Assembly: GCF_004010195.1 (NCBI RefSeq)
Contig: NC_057728.1
Location: 41,075,821-41,139,820 of the forward strand
Direction: 5' to 3'
DNA from: Chiloscyllium plagiosum
Taxonomy: Eukaryota
DNA: 64,000 bases
The notes under the pieces were generated by a model, which was not told where the DNA came from, made no database searches, and was given only the letters and a program-made list of their open reading frames with translations. Position 1 is the stretch's first letter, and each line of letters opens with the position of its first letter. A program made the position numbers and the translations under genes. Below, in pieces: positions 1 through 13,185 of this stretch.

Positions 1-1344
1 ACAAATGGTCTTTAGGGCATTCCTCTGTTTGATATCTGTGCAGTTCCTTGGAGAGGCTGTAAAATTGACAAACCTCTGAAGTACGCAGTTTTACAGACTT
101 ACTTAAAATGACAGTCTCCGAATTGTAATGGAGCAGGAGGTCATTTGACCGATCCATGTCTGCACCAACTCTGAATACGCATTCTGATTTAACACCACTC
201 TCCTGTCTTTTCCACAAAAACCTGAATTTTTGTTTCTATTTCAGTAAGCACCTAATGCCACCTTGAATGCCTCAATTAAACCTGCCTCCGCTAATCCTGT
301 CTGTTGCTATTTGGTTGAAGCTGTAAAAAAAAATTTAAATCAAAAATTGCATTTAAAAGCTCATGTAGTTGCTGCTCCTTAACCTCTCTGGGTGAAGCGG
401 CAGTTCCACTGGCCTTCAACACCTTGCCCGGTTCAAGGCCATTTGCTACTCCAGTTGAGGTCAGTCAATTCAGCTCCAGTTTAATTTCTAAAAGGAAAAA
501 AGCAGGGAAAAATTGCAGAAAAGCACAGCCTTAATTTGAATGTTGCTTAAACTTGCCTCACTCCAGGAGGAAGGAGGGAACAGGTGTGGTTCTGACTCTG
601 CATTATAATTACTACTTTTTTCATCCTTTTGCTTCCTATGATGGTGTTCAGCAATGAAGAATATTTCAGGTCTGTTCTTGGTTGTAATAGGTCCATGCTG
701 TGCAGATTGATAGGTCCTGTCTAGATGCTTGCATTTTTAACTGTAAATGTATTTAGTCTTCAGGAGAATACTGTATTGATGTCTTACTTTTGAGCAACCT
801 GTCAACTGAGACACCCTCTTGCTTTATAAGGTGATTGTCTCTTGAGATGTTTGATTACAGTTTGTTTTTAAACTAACCTCACTTTAATCTTGCTAATGTT
901 TTATGTTTATTCTAATTAGTTTTTATAGAACTGAAGCTTGACACAATGGTGAAGCAAACTGGAAAATTGAACTGCACTGCCAACTGTAGAGAAATCAAGC
1001 AAAAAGTCTCTGAACCACCTCATTTAATTTTCCTGTTCCTGTCATTTTTGTTTAATTTATCTGTCCCAAAGTCTGTGTCTTTCTTTTTCTTCTCTGAAAC
1101 ACTACTTAATTTAGATTCAGTGCTACTTGTAATCTACTGGATGATTCACTACAAAATTCTTGCATGTCTCTGCTCTTCAGTCATTTTGTTTTGTCCTGTT
1201 GTCTATGACCATATGATAACCTGAGGCCACAGTGCAGAAGCGGTTAGTTCACACAAACTAAACAAATCATTTAGTTGTTCAAAAGCATGTTTTTAAAAAA
1301 AAAACCTTGAGTATGAGTAAGCCTTTTGACTGCTTATATCTGCA

Positions 1345-1585
1345 CTACCATTCATGACCATGCCTAATCTGGTTATGGACTTGACTCTGCTTTTCTGAAC
1401 ACCCATAACATTTGATTTGTTTGTCTCTCAAAAATGCAACTTGGCCTTGAGTAAATTTTAAATACCTAGCCTTTCCGACATTCTGGGGAAGGGAATTCCA
1501 CACTCTATAGATCCTCTGAGAATAAAAAAACAAATTTTCCTCATTCTCTGCCTTAAAAGGGAGACCTCTTATTCTTAATCTTTTG
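1345..1585 (-). mobile_element. Decayed CR1-clade LINE 3' fragment (ORF2 C-terminus)
   Basis: ORF 1345..1593 reads RLRIRGLPFK...FFYSQRIYRVWNSLPQNV, the CR1 ORF2 C-terminal FFSQRVVxxWNxLP motif. Confidence 0.75.
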
Positions 1586-2574
1586 TTAAACAAGCTGCAC
1601 TTACCACAAAATTAACTCTTAATTTTTTCACATGAACTTGAAGTCATTTGATGCTCAGCCATTGCTACCCACTCTGATCAAACAAACATCTTTCATCAGT
1701 CACGTTTTCTAGTCCGGTCTGGAAGAAATGTCCAGGTTGTAATACTATGTTAAACACCACCATGAGATCCAGCAATGCAATTTGATGGATACATGAGATG
1801 AGGGTTTATAGCATGCAGCGAGATCAGGCCAAATCATTGCTCCTGCAGTGAGGACTGACATTTAGACAGTGAGCTATAATCTAGTTGTCTCCTTTGTAAC
1901 TCACTGTAGTTGAATGTTTGTAAATTGCAATGTGCAGCCAAGAAAGTTAAGTTATTCTGCCAGTTATGTGTCATCATGAGTCACATCGAGGTTGGTAGCA
2001 AAAGGGGTACCAATACACTTGAGTGCATGTACTTAACACCACACTCCAGATGGCTGTCTGATTATTAATATTGAGTGTGTGGACTGAGCACCACTTTGTT
2101 TCCTTGGTTGTAAAATTATTGTAAAGTAACTTACAATGGACACTTTTGGACATGACATTTGGGTAGAGTTGAGGTAATGATCCATGTAGTACAGGCACAT
2201 ACTGACCTGGCATGGCCTCTGAAACATTTTTGCTGAATTTGGAGAGCGAATATGAGATTTACGTTCAAAATTAGACAAAATCATCATACCACAGATGATG
2301 GAAATCTGAAATTAAAACTGTACATGCTGGAAGTACATCTCCCCATCTGGGGGGGGGAGGGAGGTCCAGGTGGAGGGAGGGGAAATATTAGAGATGGATA
2401 AAAAGACCCATGGGAGTTATGTTGGGGGTGGTATAGAGAGGAAATGGTGGGGAAGTGAAGTCTCCCGTTCAAAAATGCCATTGTGCATTTCAAGGTAAGG
2501 AAGAAGAGCATGGTGTTATGCTGAGCCCAAAATGTATTAAGTTTGAAAAGGTTAACCAGAATCTATTGCTAAGG

Positions 2575-4250
2575 ACAGGTAGAGAAATAAATAGCAACAT
2601 CTTGAAAAATGTCCATACTACAGAGGAGGTGGTGCTGGATGTCTGAGAACGCTTAAAGGTGGATAAACCCCCAGGAACCTGATAAGGTGTACCCCAGAAC
2701 TCTGTGGGAGGCTAGGGAAGAGATTGCTGGACCCCTTGCTGAGATATTTGTATCATCGATAGACACAGGTAAGGTGCTGTAAGACTGGAGGTTGGCTAAT
2801 GTGTGCTACTGTTTAAGAAAGATGGTAAGGAAAGACAGGGAACTATAGACCAGTGAGCCTGACATCGGTGGGGGCAAGTTGTGGAGGGAATCCTAAGCAA
2901 TTTAAGATTTGCCTGTATTTGGAAAAACCGGTCTGATTTGGGATAGCCAACATGGCTTTATCCTTGGGAACTAGTGTCTCACGAACTTGATTGAATTTTT
3001 TGAAGAAGTAACAAAGAGGATTGATGAGGGCAGAGTTGTAATCGTGGTCTATATGGACTTCAGGCGTTTGACAAGGTTCCTCATGGTAGATTGGTTAGCA
3101 AGGTTAGATCGCACAGAATAAAGTGAGAACTAGCCATTTGGATACAGAGCTGGCTTGAAGGTAGAAGACAGAGGGTGGTAATGGAGGGTTCCTTTTTCAG
3201 ACTGGAGGCCTGTGACCAGTGGTGTGCCACAAGGATTGGTGATTTGGATGTGAATATAGTAGATAGCAAGTTTGCAAATGATACCAAGATTGAAAATATA
3301 GTGGACAGTGAAAAAAGGTTACCTCAGTACAACAGGATCTTGATTAAAAGGGGCAATGTGCCGAGGAGGGCAGATGGAGTTTAATTTAGGTAAATGTGAG
3401 GTGCTACATTTTGGAAAGACAAATCCGTGCAGGACTTGTATCTTTTAATGAGAGAATTGAGGAGTGTTGCTGTTCAGAGACCTTTGAGGGCAGGTTCCTA
3501 CTTCCTTGAAAGTGGAGTCATAGGTAGATAGGGTAGTGAAGAAGGTGTTTAGTATGCTTGCCTTTGGTCAGTGCATTGAATATAGGAGTTGGGAGGTCGT
3601 GTGTGGCTGGACAGAATATTGGGAAGACCACTATTGGAATGCTGTGTGTAATTCTGGTCTCCCTGCTACAGGAAGGATGTTATGAAATTTGAAAGGGTTC
3701 AAAAAAGATTAACAAGCATGTTGCCAGCATTGGAAGGTTTGAGTTTTAAGGAGTGGCTGAATACACTGGGGCTATTTTCCCTGGAGCATCGGAGGCTGAG
3801 GGGTAACCTTATCACCCTTTTATGAAGCACATCAGCTATGATTGAGTGATGGAACAGACTTGATGGGCCAAATGGCCTAATTCTGTCCTATATCTTATGA
3901 ATTTAGAGGCTTTTAAGATCACGAAGGACATGAATTAGGAAAGTAGGCAATGTCTCTTCCCCGGGGGTGTGGTGTCCAGAACTAGAGGGCATGGGTCTAG
4001 CGTGAGGGGGGAAATATTTAAGAGGGATCAAAGGGGCAAATTTTTCACGCATGGGTGGTGCGTGTATGGAATGAGCTGCCAGAGGAACTGATACAATTAC
4101 AACACCTAAAAGGCATCTGGATGGCTATATGAATAGGTAAGTTTTATGGGCCAAATTCTGGCAAATTGAACTAGATTAATTTAGGGTATCTGGTCAGCAT
4201 GGACAATTTGGACCGAAGGATCTGTTTCCGTCCTGTACGTTTCTATGACA
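2575..4250 (+). mobile_element. HER1/CR1 LINE, 5'-truncated and frameshifted (RT to 3' tail), with a nested CR1 tail at about 3818-3900
   Basis: RT remnants (KFANDTKI in ORF 3175..3384); 3' tail ggaccgaaggatctgtttccgtcctgtac..ctatgac; alignable by eye to the copy at 44575-46690. Confidence 0.92.
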
Positions 4251-4719
4251 GTTGTTCAAGGTTGAGAATATTCAACAAGGGGTGAGATTTGAAGGAAATA
4301 AGATTCTGGAGAATGGATTATTAAACTTTGCAAGCCTTCGCTCTTGACAAGCAGACTGACATGTCTTTGTTGAGAAGCCAGATGAGATGAAGGATAAACT
4401 AAAACCCTGGACCAGGACAACTTGAAATAGAATAGGTTGAGAGAACTCTTAGATGGGAGCTGGCATTGATGGTGTGCGTTGTGATGTGTCAAGAGCAGCA
4501 GTTTGGAAATTCTGAATGTTTTGGAGATATCAGTAATTGCGTGTGTATTCAGGATGCTTAAGGGTGGAATTTGAGTTCCACGTGGAATGAGTTAGAGCCA
4601 GAGACCATTACTGACAAAGGAGATATGGCTGTGGAAGTGAGTTTCTATCAATATCTCATCAAGCACAGAAAGAGAACTTAGACAGCAAAGAAAGCGAATA
4701 AGATTTAAAAGTAAATACC

Positions 4720-5042
4720 ATGTAATGTTATGGAAACTAGCAATCCAGAGCCCTAAGCTAATGTTCTAAGGACATTGATGTGAATCGTGTTGTGGCAAAT
4801 GATGAAATTTGCATGCAATAAAAGCTCGAATTAAAAATAACTAGTCTCATGCTGACCACATAATCACTGGTTCATTAACCTCCTTTAGGGAAGGAATTCG
4901 GCTATCCTTAACTGGTTTGGCCGATGTGTGATTCTAGAACCAGAGAAATGTGTTATACTCTGAAATTCCCTCTGGACAGTTAGAAATGGCTGATAATTGC
5001 AGGTCTAGCCAGTGATGCCTACATCCCATGGTTGAATAAAAC
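4720..5042 (+). mobile_element. tRNA-derived SINE with L2-like 3' tail (family B), decayed
   Basis: Shared core ctggttcactaatgtcctttagggaaggaa and tail gccagtgatgcctacatcccatg..gaataaa, recurring at 15265, 21088, 23085, 48105 and 57480. Confidence 0.8.
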
Positions 5043-5879
5043 ACATAGAAACCCCATCAAAGAGAAGAGTAGAATTTCTCCAAGGTGGGTATTCTGAGGA
5101 AAAAAAAAGCAGTAGTTAATTTAACAATACTGCAATTTAAATACTGCTGATCTGCAAAACAAAGTACTTGAAATGCTCAACAGGTCATGCTGCCTTTGCA
5201 CGCGGACATTTTAAAAATGGTGAATTGGGTGTTTCCTTTAAAAGCAGCCGCAGGATTCTCTCCCATGCCCTGGCCAACGGGATGGTGAGTGAAACAGGTT
5301 AACGTTTCAGGTTCGCGATATTTCATCAAACTAATGGAGCTTAGAAGTGTCATGGTTTTTCAGCAACTGTAATTGGAAGAAGAGCAAATCGGCTGGACAC
5401 TAGGAGTGATACAATGACAAAAGCTTTAATACGAAAGCCAGAAGGAGTGGTAATGAATAATGGAAGAAGCAAAAGTTGTATCTGGATGCTGTGTGGATTT
5501 GACATTCTGCAAACAAATTCCTTGTCTCAATATGGAATCATGAAATTATTAGATCGTTATCTGTGCCACCATTTTGTTTTGCACATTTTTATGGTTTTTG
5601 AGCTGTCCTTTTGACTTGTTATTTTCGTAATCCTTTTTGCTTTGTTTTTGGATGGATGATATCCTCACTTCACCTTATGCATCTTTTGCTTTCCTACCTG
5701 TTACAAAAACTAAATGGAGTGGTTTCATTACAGCTTTTGTTGTTTAATATCTCTTCCCAATTGCAGACTTTTATGTTTTGTTTTTCTGCACCCTTATTCC
5801 TTTGCTGCAAACCTGTTTAGAAAAGTAACTTCTTTCATTCTGGTTAGGATCAGAACTGTACTGGAAGCAGATTCTATCG

Positions 5880-6385
5880 AACCATAGAAATGATACTGCA
5901 CAGAAGGGGGTCATTCTGCCATCTGACCCAAAGACACAAAGTTGCTCTTTTGAATCCCATTTTCCTTCACCTAGCCCAAAGCGCTGCATCTTACAGCTCT
6001 TAAGGTGCAGATCCAGGTACTTCCTTTTAAAAGAGTTCAAGATCTCTGCCTCCAAGACCCAACTCAGCAGAGAATTTTCAGACACCCACCACCCTCTGTG
6101 TTAAAACAAAACCATAACTTTCCCTTGCATCCCCTCTAAACCTTCTGCCACTTAGCTTGAATCTTTGACTGCTGACTTTTGAACTGCCTGTTAAGGGAAA
6201 CAAGTTACTCCTGTCTATTTCTACACCTCAAGAGTTTTGTATACCTCCAATCGTGTCAGCTCCTCAGACTTTTCTGTTCCAAGGAAAATAATCTCTACCT
6301 CTCCTCAAAGATATAATTCTCCAGCCTTGGCAATGTTCTAATAAATCTTCTCTGCATTATGTCCAGAGCAATTGCATCCTTCCTC
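5880..6385 (-). mobile_element. CR1-clade LINE 3' fragment
   Basis: ORF 5771..6085 VLEAEILNSFKRKYLDLHL resembles the CR1 C-terminus; CR1-type 3' tail at the left end. Confidence 0.75.
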
Positions 6386-6654
6386 ATTCAATCATAGTTC
6401 TTTTTAAGTGTTTATTGTTGAAAATCAATTGAAGAAAAATCCTTCCTTGATTGTTGCTTTTTAAATAAGTGTTTTTCCCAATTCAGTCCACAATTGAAAA
6501 TAAGAAAAGGAAAAAAATGCAGTCTTTACAACAATTGTTTTAACTGCTGTTACTATTGCAATGTTGATAAACATGGAAATTAATTTAACAAATCCTACAA
6601 CTATCAGTAAAAGAGCAGGCTACAGGGTAACTGCACTAGTGACACAAATGTGAA

Positions 6655-6850
6655 GTACAGTGGATGCTAGACAACTGCAATAAAATCAGGAAATGCTGGA
6701 AATACTCAACAGAACTGGCAGTGTCTGTGAAGGGAGAAGCAGTTAATACTCCTTATTTGTGGCCTTTTGACCAAAACTGTTAATTCTCTTTTTCCCTCCA
6801 GCAATGCTACTAGATCTGAGTATTTCCACACCATTTTCTGTTTTTGTTGA
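6655..6850. mobile_element. PLE-terminus-derived inverted-repeat (hairpin) element, family 3, decayed
   Basis: aaatgctggaaatactc...gagtatttccacaccattttctgttttt inverted arms; the family recurs at 19818, 25675, 29875 and 30157. Confidence 0.65.
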
Positions 6851-6854
6851 CTGC

Positions 6855-7030
6855 TGCAGTGATGTTGGTTGAGCAATAAATGTTGGCCAGGATACTGGAG
6901 AGAATGCTGCTGCTTTTAAAATTGTGACATGGTTTTTTTTTTAAAATACCCACTTGAGAAGGCAGAAGGGGACTTTAGTGTGACAATCTGACCAAAAGAA
7001 TGTCTATCCTGACAGTGCTCCCTCTGTGTT
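6855..7030 (-). mobile_element. Deu-domain SINE fragment (SacSINE1/AmnSINE1-like)
   Basis: gatgttggttgag..aaatgttggccaggatactggagagaa is the reverse complement of the Deu core cctggccaatatttatccctcaaccaacatc. Confidence 0.65.
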
Positions 7031-7419
7031 TTTCCCAAGCCAGTGACTTTGGCCAGGCTCAAAGGTGCAGATTGTTTGCAGAAGTTCCATTTGGATTTTT
7101 CACCATAGCACTATACAACTATTCACTTTCTTTTGGGAGGAACTAAACAACCCAGCTTCTTAACAATTCTCCCAGCCATTAGGCATTTGCTTGTGAAAAC
7201 AGGAGTTTCACATCCTGGGGGTTTTGCAGTGAATCGTGAGTCAGCAACAGTAATTCGTGCGCTGCCAAACATGGCTTCAAATAAAAACCCTTTTCAGTAA
7301 ATCATGTGTTTACTGATGTGTGAAATTCTGTTTCATCAGGACTTGTTACTGTGTAATCATTTTCATTTTGTACAATTTATTCCACTGGTGGGGAAGAGAG
7401 AAAACGAGGCAGGACTGTT

Positions 7420-7735
7420 TTTAGATTAGATTACTTAGTGTGGAAACAGGCCCTTCGGCCCAACAAGTCCACACCGACCCTCCGAAGAGAAACCCACCCA
7501 GACCCATTCCTCTACATTGCCCGTAGTGTTAGGTGAAGGGGTAATTTAGCATGGCCAATTCACCTAAACTGCACATTTTTGGACGGTGGGAGGAAACTGG
7601 AACACCTGGAGGAAACCCACGCAGACACTGGGAGAATGTGCAAACTCCATACAGTCAGTCGCCTGAGGTGGGAATTGAACCCGGGTGTCTGGTGCTGTGA
7701 GGCAGCAGTGCTAAGCACTTCACCACCGTGCTGCC
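7420..7735 (-). mobile_element. HE1-type V-SINE, full length
   Basis: tRNA-like head (reverse complement ggcagcacggtggtgaagtgcttagcactgctgcctcacagc...gggttcaattcc), V-domain tgtggagtttgcacattctccc, CR1-like tail and (tctaa)n end. Confidence 0.93.
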
Positions 7736-7984
7736 CAGTTTGAAGAGATACAAATACATCAGAAAATTTTGTAGTGGCATAAATAATACCTCCTGAAATA
7801 TCTGTTTTCTTAAGTGAATTTTTGCTTTAAATTAAAAGTTTCTTTCTTCAGCTGCACAGGGTCCAAGGTAAAGTGTATAGAAATAAACACTGTTACCAGT
7901 GGGACATAGCCCTGACAAAAGAGGCTTTGGTCATTTTTTTAGGGTTTGGGTTGAAGAGTAAATTTGACAAATGTTAAAGCAGTC

Positions 7985-8895
7985 CTTTTTTTTTGTAGAA
8001 ATACATTTTAAGCATAAAATATATCAATTGTACATAGCTATAAGCACATTACAAATAAATTCAAATTGAATATTACATAAAATACAGCAAAACAAATCTC
8101 ATTTCTCAGTTGAGTGCTTTGAACTCTAAAGGTGCCTTATTCTAGATGCAAAATTGGGCAATTTCCTAAATGTAACACAGTGTACGTGTTCTAATATAAG
8201 CTCTGAGGCTTTGAGTTACTAGCCTCTTAGCATGTTATGGTTGAAAGGACTTTCAGAACATTCCCTACTCTACCTTGGCAGCACTGCCCCCTAGATTTAG
8301 TGCATCATTTAGCACAGAGTTCTGGACCTTGAAATCCATTCATCTGCAACGATTGGTTAAGGACAACACTTAGGACATGAAGATTAACAAATTTCGAGGG
8401 CTGGCCAAAGACTGACTTTCACTAGGTTGGTGGTGCACCAGGCATGGATGATGCTTGCCTCAGTGTGCGTCCAAGGGAACAGCTTGTAGAACTCCGAGCC
8501 CTGCGTAACAGAGCTGTTTGGGACGAAACTGGAGAAAAACCATCTCATCTTTCTCCAGACCTCCTTTTGTAAAGGCATATTCCAGAAGGAGATGTGCAAT
8601 TTTCATCACATGTAGTCGCCTTGGGTGCAATGTGTAATGGCACAAAGACTGGACATGCGTGAAAGATCTGACTGATAATGCCGTTGTCAATGGCAGCCAC
8701 ACTACATCTTGGTGCTTGTGGAAAAGTTGTGATTATGCAGCGTTCTGCCAAACAACTTTGACAGTCTGCTCAGGAAATCCTCTGACAAAATTGACTTTGA
8801 GGCCCTTTAGGGAAAGAACAAAAAAAACTACATGCTCACAAGGAACCGTGGTCACCCTTTGGATGATCGAATGTCCAGATCACCAGACGCCCACG
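7985..8895 (-). mobile_element. Tx1/L1-clade LINE 3' fragment (ORF2 C-terminal Cys/His region, 3'UTR, A-tail)
   Basis: ORFs 8460..8702 and 8384..8599: ALSVRSFTH...IAHLLLEYAF / EVWRKMRWFFSSFVPNSSVTQ...LFPWTHTE, typical of vertebrate Tx1 ORF2 ends; T-run at 7985. Confidence 0.8.
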
Positions 8896-8934
8896 CTCTT
8901 TTATTTTTATTAGCTCTTGAGTTATGATCATTGC

Positions 8935-9228
8935 TGACAAAGGCAGCATTTATTTTCCGTCCCAAATTGCTCTTGAACTGATTTGCTTGCTAGACCGTTT
9001 CAGAGAATATGAAGTCACATGTAAGCCAGACCAAGCAATGGGACCAGGTGAACCATGAGTGTTTTTAATTGTGAGAAATTTTTATGATTATTACTAATGA
9101 AATTAGCATTTTATACCAGACTAGGATTTAACTGAATTTAAATTCCCCAACTGTAGTGAACCTGATTCTGGAGCATTACCAAGGCTGCTGGTACTAGTTA
9201 GTTTGCTAATTGTCCAGTAGCATTACCA
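8935..9228 (-). mobile_element. Family B SINE (L2-like tail), decayed
   Basis: ggcagcatttatt..cccaaattgctcttga; gtcacatgtaagccagacca; tRNA-head remnant at the right end. Confidence 0.65.
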
Positions 9229-9454
9229 CTATGATGTTGGATGTACTGAATGCAGCAATACATAGACGTACCAATGTCTGAACTTCACTCTGTTTGGTTC
9301 AGTCATTAGGTGAAGTAGCAGTGTTGACACTATTAATAGGGGCTTTTGGCAAAGCCACTTAGAAACCTGCTGCTGTAGCAACATTAACGACATTTGGCTC
9401 AAATTATGCATTGACTGAATACTTTTTTTTTAATTGAATGTATACTTGATACTG

Positions 9455-10038
9455 TGCATTTGGTAGGTGTTTGGTCATAGTATTGAGTATAGGAGTTGGG
9501 AGGTCATGTTCCGCCTGTCCAGGACATTGGTTAGGCCACTTTTGGAATAGTTCATGCAATTCTGATCTCCTTCCTATTGGAAGGGTATTGTGAAACTTGA
9601 AAGCGTTCAGAAAAGATTTACAAGGATGTTGCCAGGGTTGGAGGATTTGAACTATAGGGGGAGGCTGAATAGGCTGAGGCTGTTTTTCCCTGGAGCATCA
9701 GAGGCTGAGGGGTGACCTTATAGAGGTTTATAAAATCATGAGGGGCATGGATAGGATAAATAGTCTTTCCCTGGGGTTGGGGAGTCCAAAACTAGAGGGC
9801 ATAGGTGAGAGGGGCAACTTTTTCACGTGTATGGAATGAGCTGCCAGAGGAAGTGGTGGAGGCTGGTACAGTTACAACATTTAAGAGGCATCTGGATGGG
9901 TAAATGAATAGGAAGCGTTAAGAAGGATTTGGGACAAGTGCTGGCAAATTGGACTAAACTAGGTTGCGATATCTGCTCAGCATGGACAAGTTGGACCGAA
10001 AGGGTCTGTTTCCATGCTATACATCTCTGACTCCATGA
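9455..10038 (+). mobile_element. HER1/CR1 LINE 3' fragment
   Basis: Closely matches the 3' parts of the copies at 46080-46690 and 47235-47858; tail ggaccgaaagggtctgtttccatgct. Confidence 0.92.
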
Positions 10039-10989
10039 CTGTATTTAGTCATTCTGAGGCACTGTAAACATGTATTGATAAAATTGGTGCAGAGTAGTAG
10101 ATTCTGTCCAAACGTAGCACCCAAGTTCCACTTCCTACCAGCATCGAGAAGGAATGAGATGTCTGGGGAAAAGAAATGATTTCTTCTCAAAATGGCAATG
10201 TTTTGCATTTTTAAAAATTAAATGCAAGCATGTCTTTCTTAGAACTTCAACCATGACACCTATATTGTATATTTGTAAGTATTAAAAATTCCCTGAATAA
10301 CATGTTAGACTTCAATGTGTTTGTGGGATCATACATTCAGTGACCAGCTTCGTAGCCTTGTAGCTTTTATTTACTTTTGAACTTTGCTTGCTGTAAAAAA
10401 AAATTGTATGTAGCTGTTATATTAACTGCAGAATTAATATTATGTATATCAGTATTGTGCAACAAAACATGTACAATTTATTAACAGTGTAGTGTTAGCT
10501 CATTTTCAAGAACCGAAAACGTACTACTTGCCAGTTTCTGCAGAACCAACAGATTTTAGATGCACAGCTGGTTCTGTAATGATAGTGGTTTACTAGAAAT
10601 ATAGGGGCAGGAATGTTCTTGGGAGGTATAATTATTACACTAATGCCATAGTGATATTACTTAGTCACAGATCTCTTCAAAGCCATTTTATGTGATACTT
10701 AACTGTAATTAAAATGCTTTGACCTTTTAGCTGTAAGTCATTTCCATTCTCTGCTATGTAATTAATAGTAAGGAAATGGTCTAGTGTAACCTTTTCAGCA
10801 CAATGTTTCCACAATGTATGCTTGCAAACAATTAAGGTATGTACTATAGGAACACTTACAGACTCCTCATGTAAGGCTTGAATGTTTCAAGAAGAATCCA
10901 GCACAAACGTTGGTTGTGTTGTATTGCAAAGTTGATTGTTGTGACATCATGGCATAAGCACATTGAAGTAACAAGGGACTCCATAGGAG

Positions 10990-11440
10990 TCTTATGGCAG
11001 AAAAAAGACAACTGACCACTGAGCCAAAAGGAAATATCAGGAGAGGTGACTAAAGCTTACTCCAGGGGAAGGGTTTTTGGGATGCAGAGTCCAGAAGAGA
11101 AGAACAGGGATTTCTGAGGAGCTTGGGCTGTTGGAGATTACAGACATGAGGAGGTGATGATGCCATGGAGGGATTTCAAACCTAGGATGCAAATGATAAA
11201 ATTAAGACATGACTGTGAACCAATATATATCAGTAATTGCATGAGATAATGGGCAAATGAGTCATGGTGTTAGTTCGGACTTTGCTGCAGAACTTTAGAG
11301 GAACTATATTTCATGGAGGTTGGTGGATGAGAGTCTGTTCGAATAGTTGAGTCTAGAATTAACAAAGTCATCAAATGAAGGTTTTAGATGAAAATGGATA
11401 ATGTTACGGAGACGACAGTGAGGCAGTTTTGGTGCATAAG
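10990..11440 (-). mobile_element. Decayed L2-clade LINE fragment
   Basis: ccatggagggatttcaaac...gaatagttgagtctaga resembles antisense L2 ORF2 (SRLDY motif); similar to 29300-30790. Confidence 0.5.
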
Positions 11441-11513
11441 TAAATCTAATCTTCAGTTATCACCAATTTATAATAAAATTTACTGTGCTTCTGTTAGTGC
11501 AAAGAGAATATCA

Positions 11514-11680
11514 ACTAGGAGAAAGTGAGGACTGCAGATGCTGGAGACCAGAGTTGAAAAATGTGGTGCTGGAAAAACATGATTCATTCCTGAGGAAGGG
11601 CTTGTGCCCGAAGCGTCGATTCTCCTGCACCTCGGATGCTGCCTGGCCTGCTGTGTTTTTCCAGCACCACATTTTTCAAC
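11514..11680 (+). mobile_element. Short PLE insertion (family 1): inverted tail/pLTR arm plus hammerhead-bearing pLTR end
   Basis: TSD caaagagaatatca at 11500-11513 and 11680-11693; 27-bp inverted repeat gttgaaaaatgtggtgctggaaaaaca; termini match the PLE at 49509-50964. Confidence 0.88.
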
Positions 11681-12924
11681 AAAGAGAATATCATCAAAAT
11701 TACTTTTTGCAGGGAATTACATTTAATGCACAACAAATCTCTATAGTCATTCATGGTTGCTCATTTTTGAAAAATTAGCCTAATGAAAATATTTCTTTTT
11801 TTATTTTTGTTTTTGATTAAATTGAAGCACTTCCGGCACCTTCGGAACAATTGGATGGAAAGATTCCACGTATGTCATATTCACAGAATGAGGCCATTTG
11901 ACACAACATTCCTGTGCTGGCCTTTTGAGAGAATTGGGCAATTTTTGTTTTAACAATCTTTTTATGTAAAAATTCTTGTGAAAGGGTGATGGGGATGTGG
12001 AGTAATTATCATAGACTCGATGGTACTGAATGACAGAGTGGGCTCGAGGGTCTGTGGCCTACTTCTGCTAATTCCATATTCCTGCATGTCATTGGTTTGC
12101 CTCCAAGTTTTTTTTAACCCCATTACTTGAAGCAAAACAATTTCAGCTCCTCTGATATCTCCACAAAACCAAAACTCTTCATTTCTGCTGTCATGTTGGT
12201 AAGCATTCACTATATCCTTTCCAAGCCCTTGACATCTTTTCTAAAGTGTTTTACCCAGAATACTCCAGCTGAAAATAACAAGTGACTTGTACAATGGATT
12301 ATTTGGACTTTAGCACACATTTCGTCATGTTTTAAATCTTGGGCACTTTGCCCTTACTTATGAAATAATTACTGTTACTGTTGTCAATTTGCTTTAACAA
12401 CTTTGAATTGTTAAGATTTTCGAGGTTGAGTGTTCTGATTCAGAGCTTTATATGCCTGCATGAATTTTACAACCCCTCATCCAGAATACTCTTTGGTAGA
12501 GAATTCCAAAGATTTCCCAACAACCCTTTAGTGAAGAAACTTCTCCTCCTCTTCATCCTAAGTTATTGACTCATTATTCTGAAACCTGTACCTCTGTATT
12601 CATTCTTCTTTCCCATTCAGATTAAACAACTTTTTTCAGTACCAACTCGATCAAGCCTCGACATAATTTTGAATATTTCAATGACGTTACCTCTCATTCT
12701 TCAAAACTCCAGAGATTATCAACCTTATTTGCTCTTCTGTGAGCAAGCTAGTACAATTTGTTAGCTTAAATGAGTTGTATAAATCCAAGTTTATATCAGA
12801 ACAGAATTGCCAAACGCAGTTAAAGTTGCAGCTTATGGCTTCATGATGACAGCATGCATATGAGCATACTAAAGTTGCCTCCAAGAGGAACTTGGTTGTT
12901 TATTTTGTCAAGTGGTCCGTTTGT

Positions 12925-13185
12925 GAGAATGCTGCATTATCAGAGGTACGTTCTTTTAGCCAAGACATTAAACTGAAGCCATCTGGATAAATGCTTGGAT
13001 AGATATAAAGGATAGCACTATTTGAAGAGTGACCGGACAACTTTCATTGTCCTTGCCAACATTTATCTCTTGACATAGATCACCAAAAAAGATTATCTGG
13101 TCAGCTATTCAAGTTCCAGTTTGGAAGACCTTGTAGTGCATAAATTAGTGGCTGTGTTTTCCCCACCTTACCAGAGATGCAATGT
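12925..13185 (+). mobile_element. Deu-domain SINE fragment
   Basis: gcactatttgaagag...ccttgccaacatttatc...aaaagattatctggtca matches the Deu-domain consensus. Confidence 0.75.
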
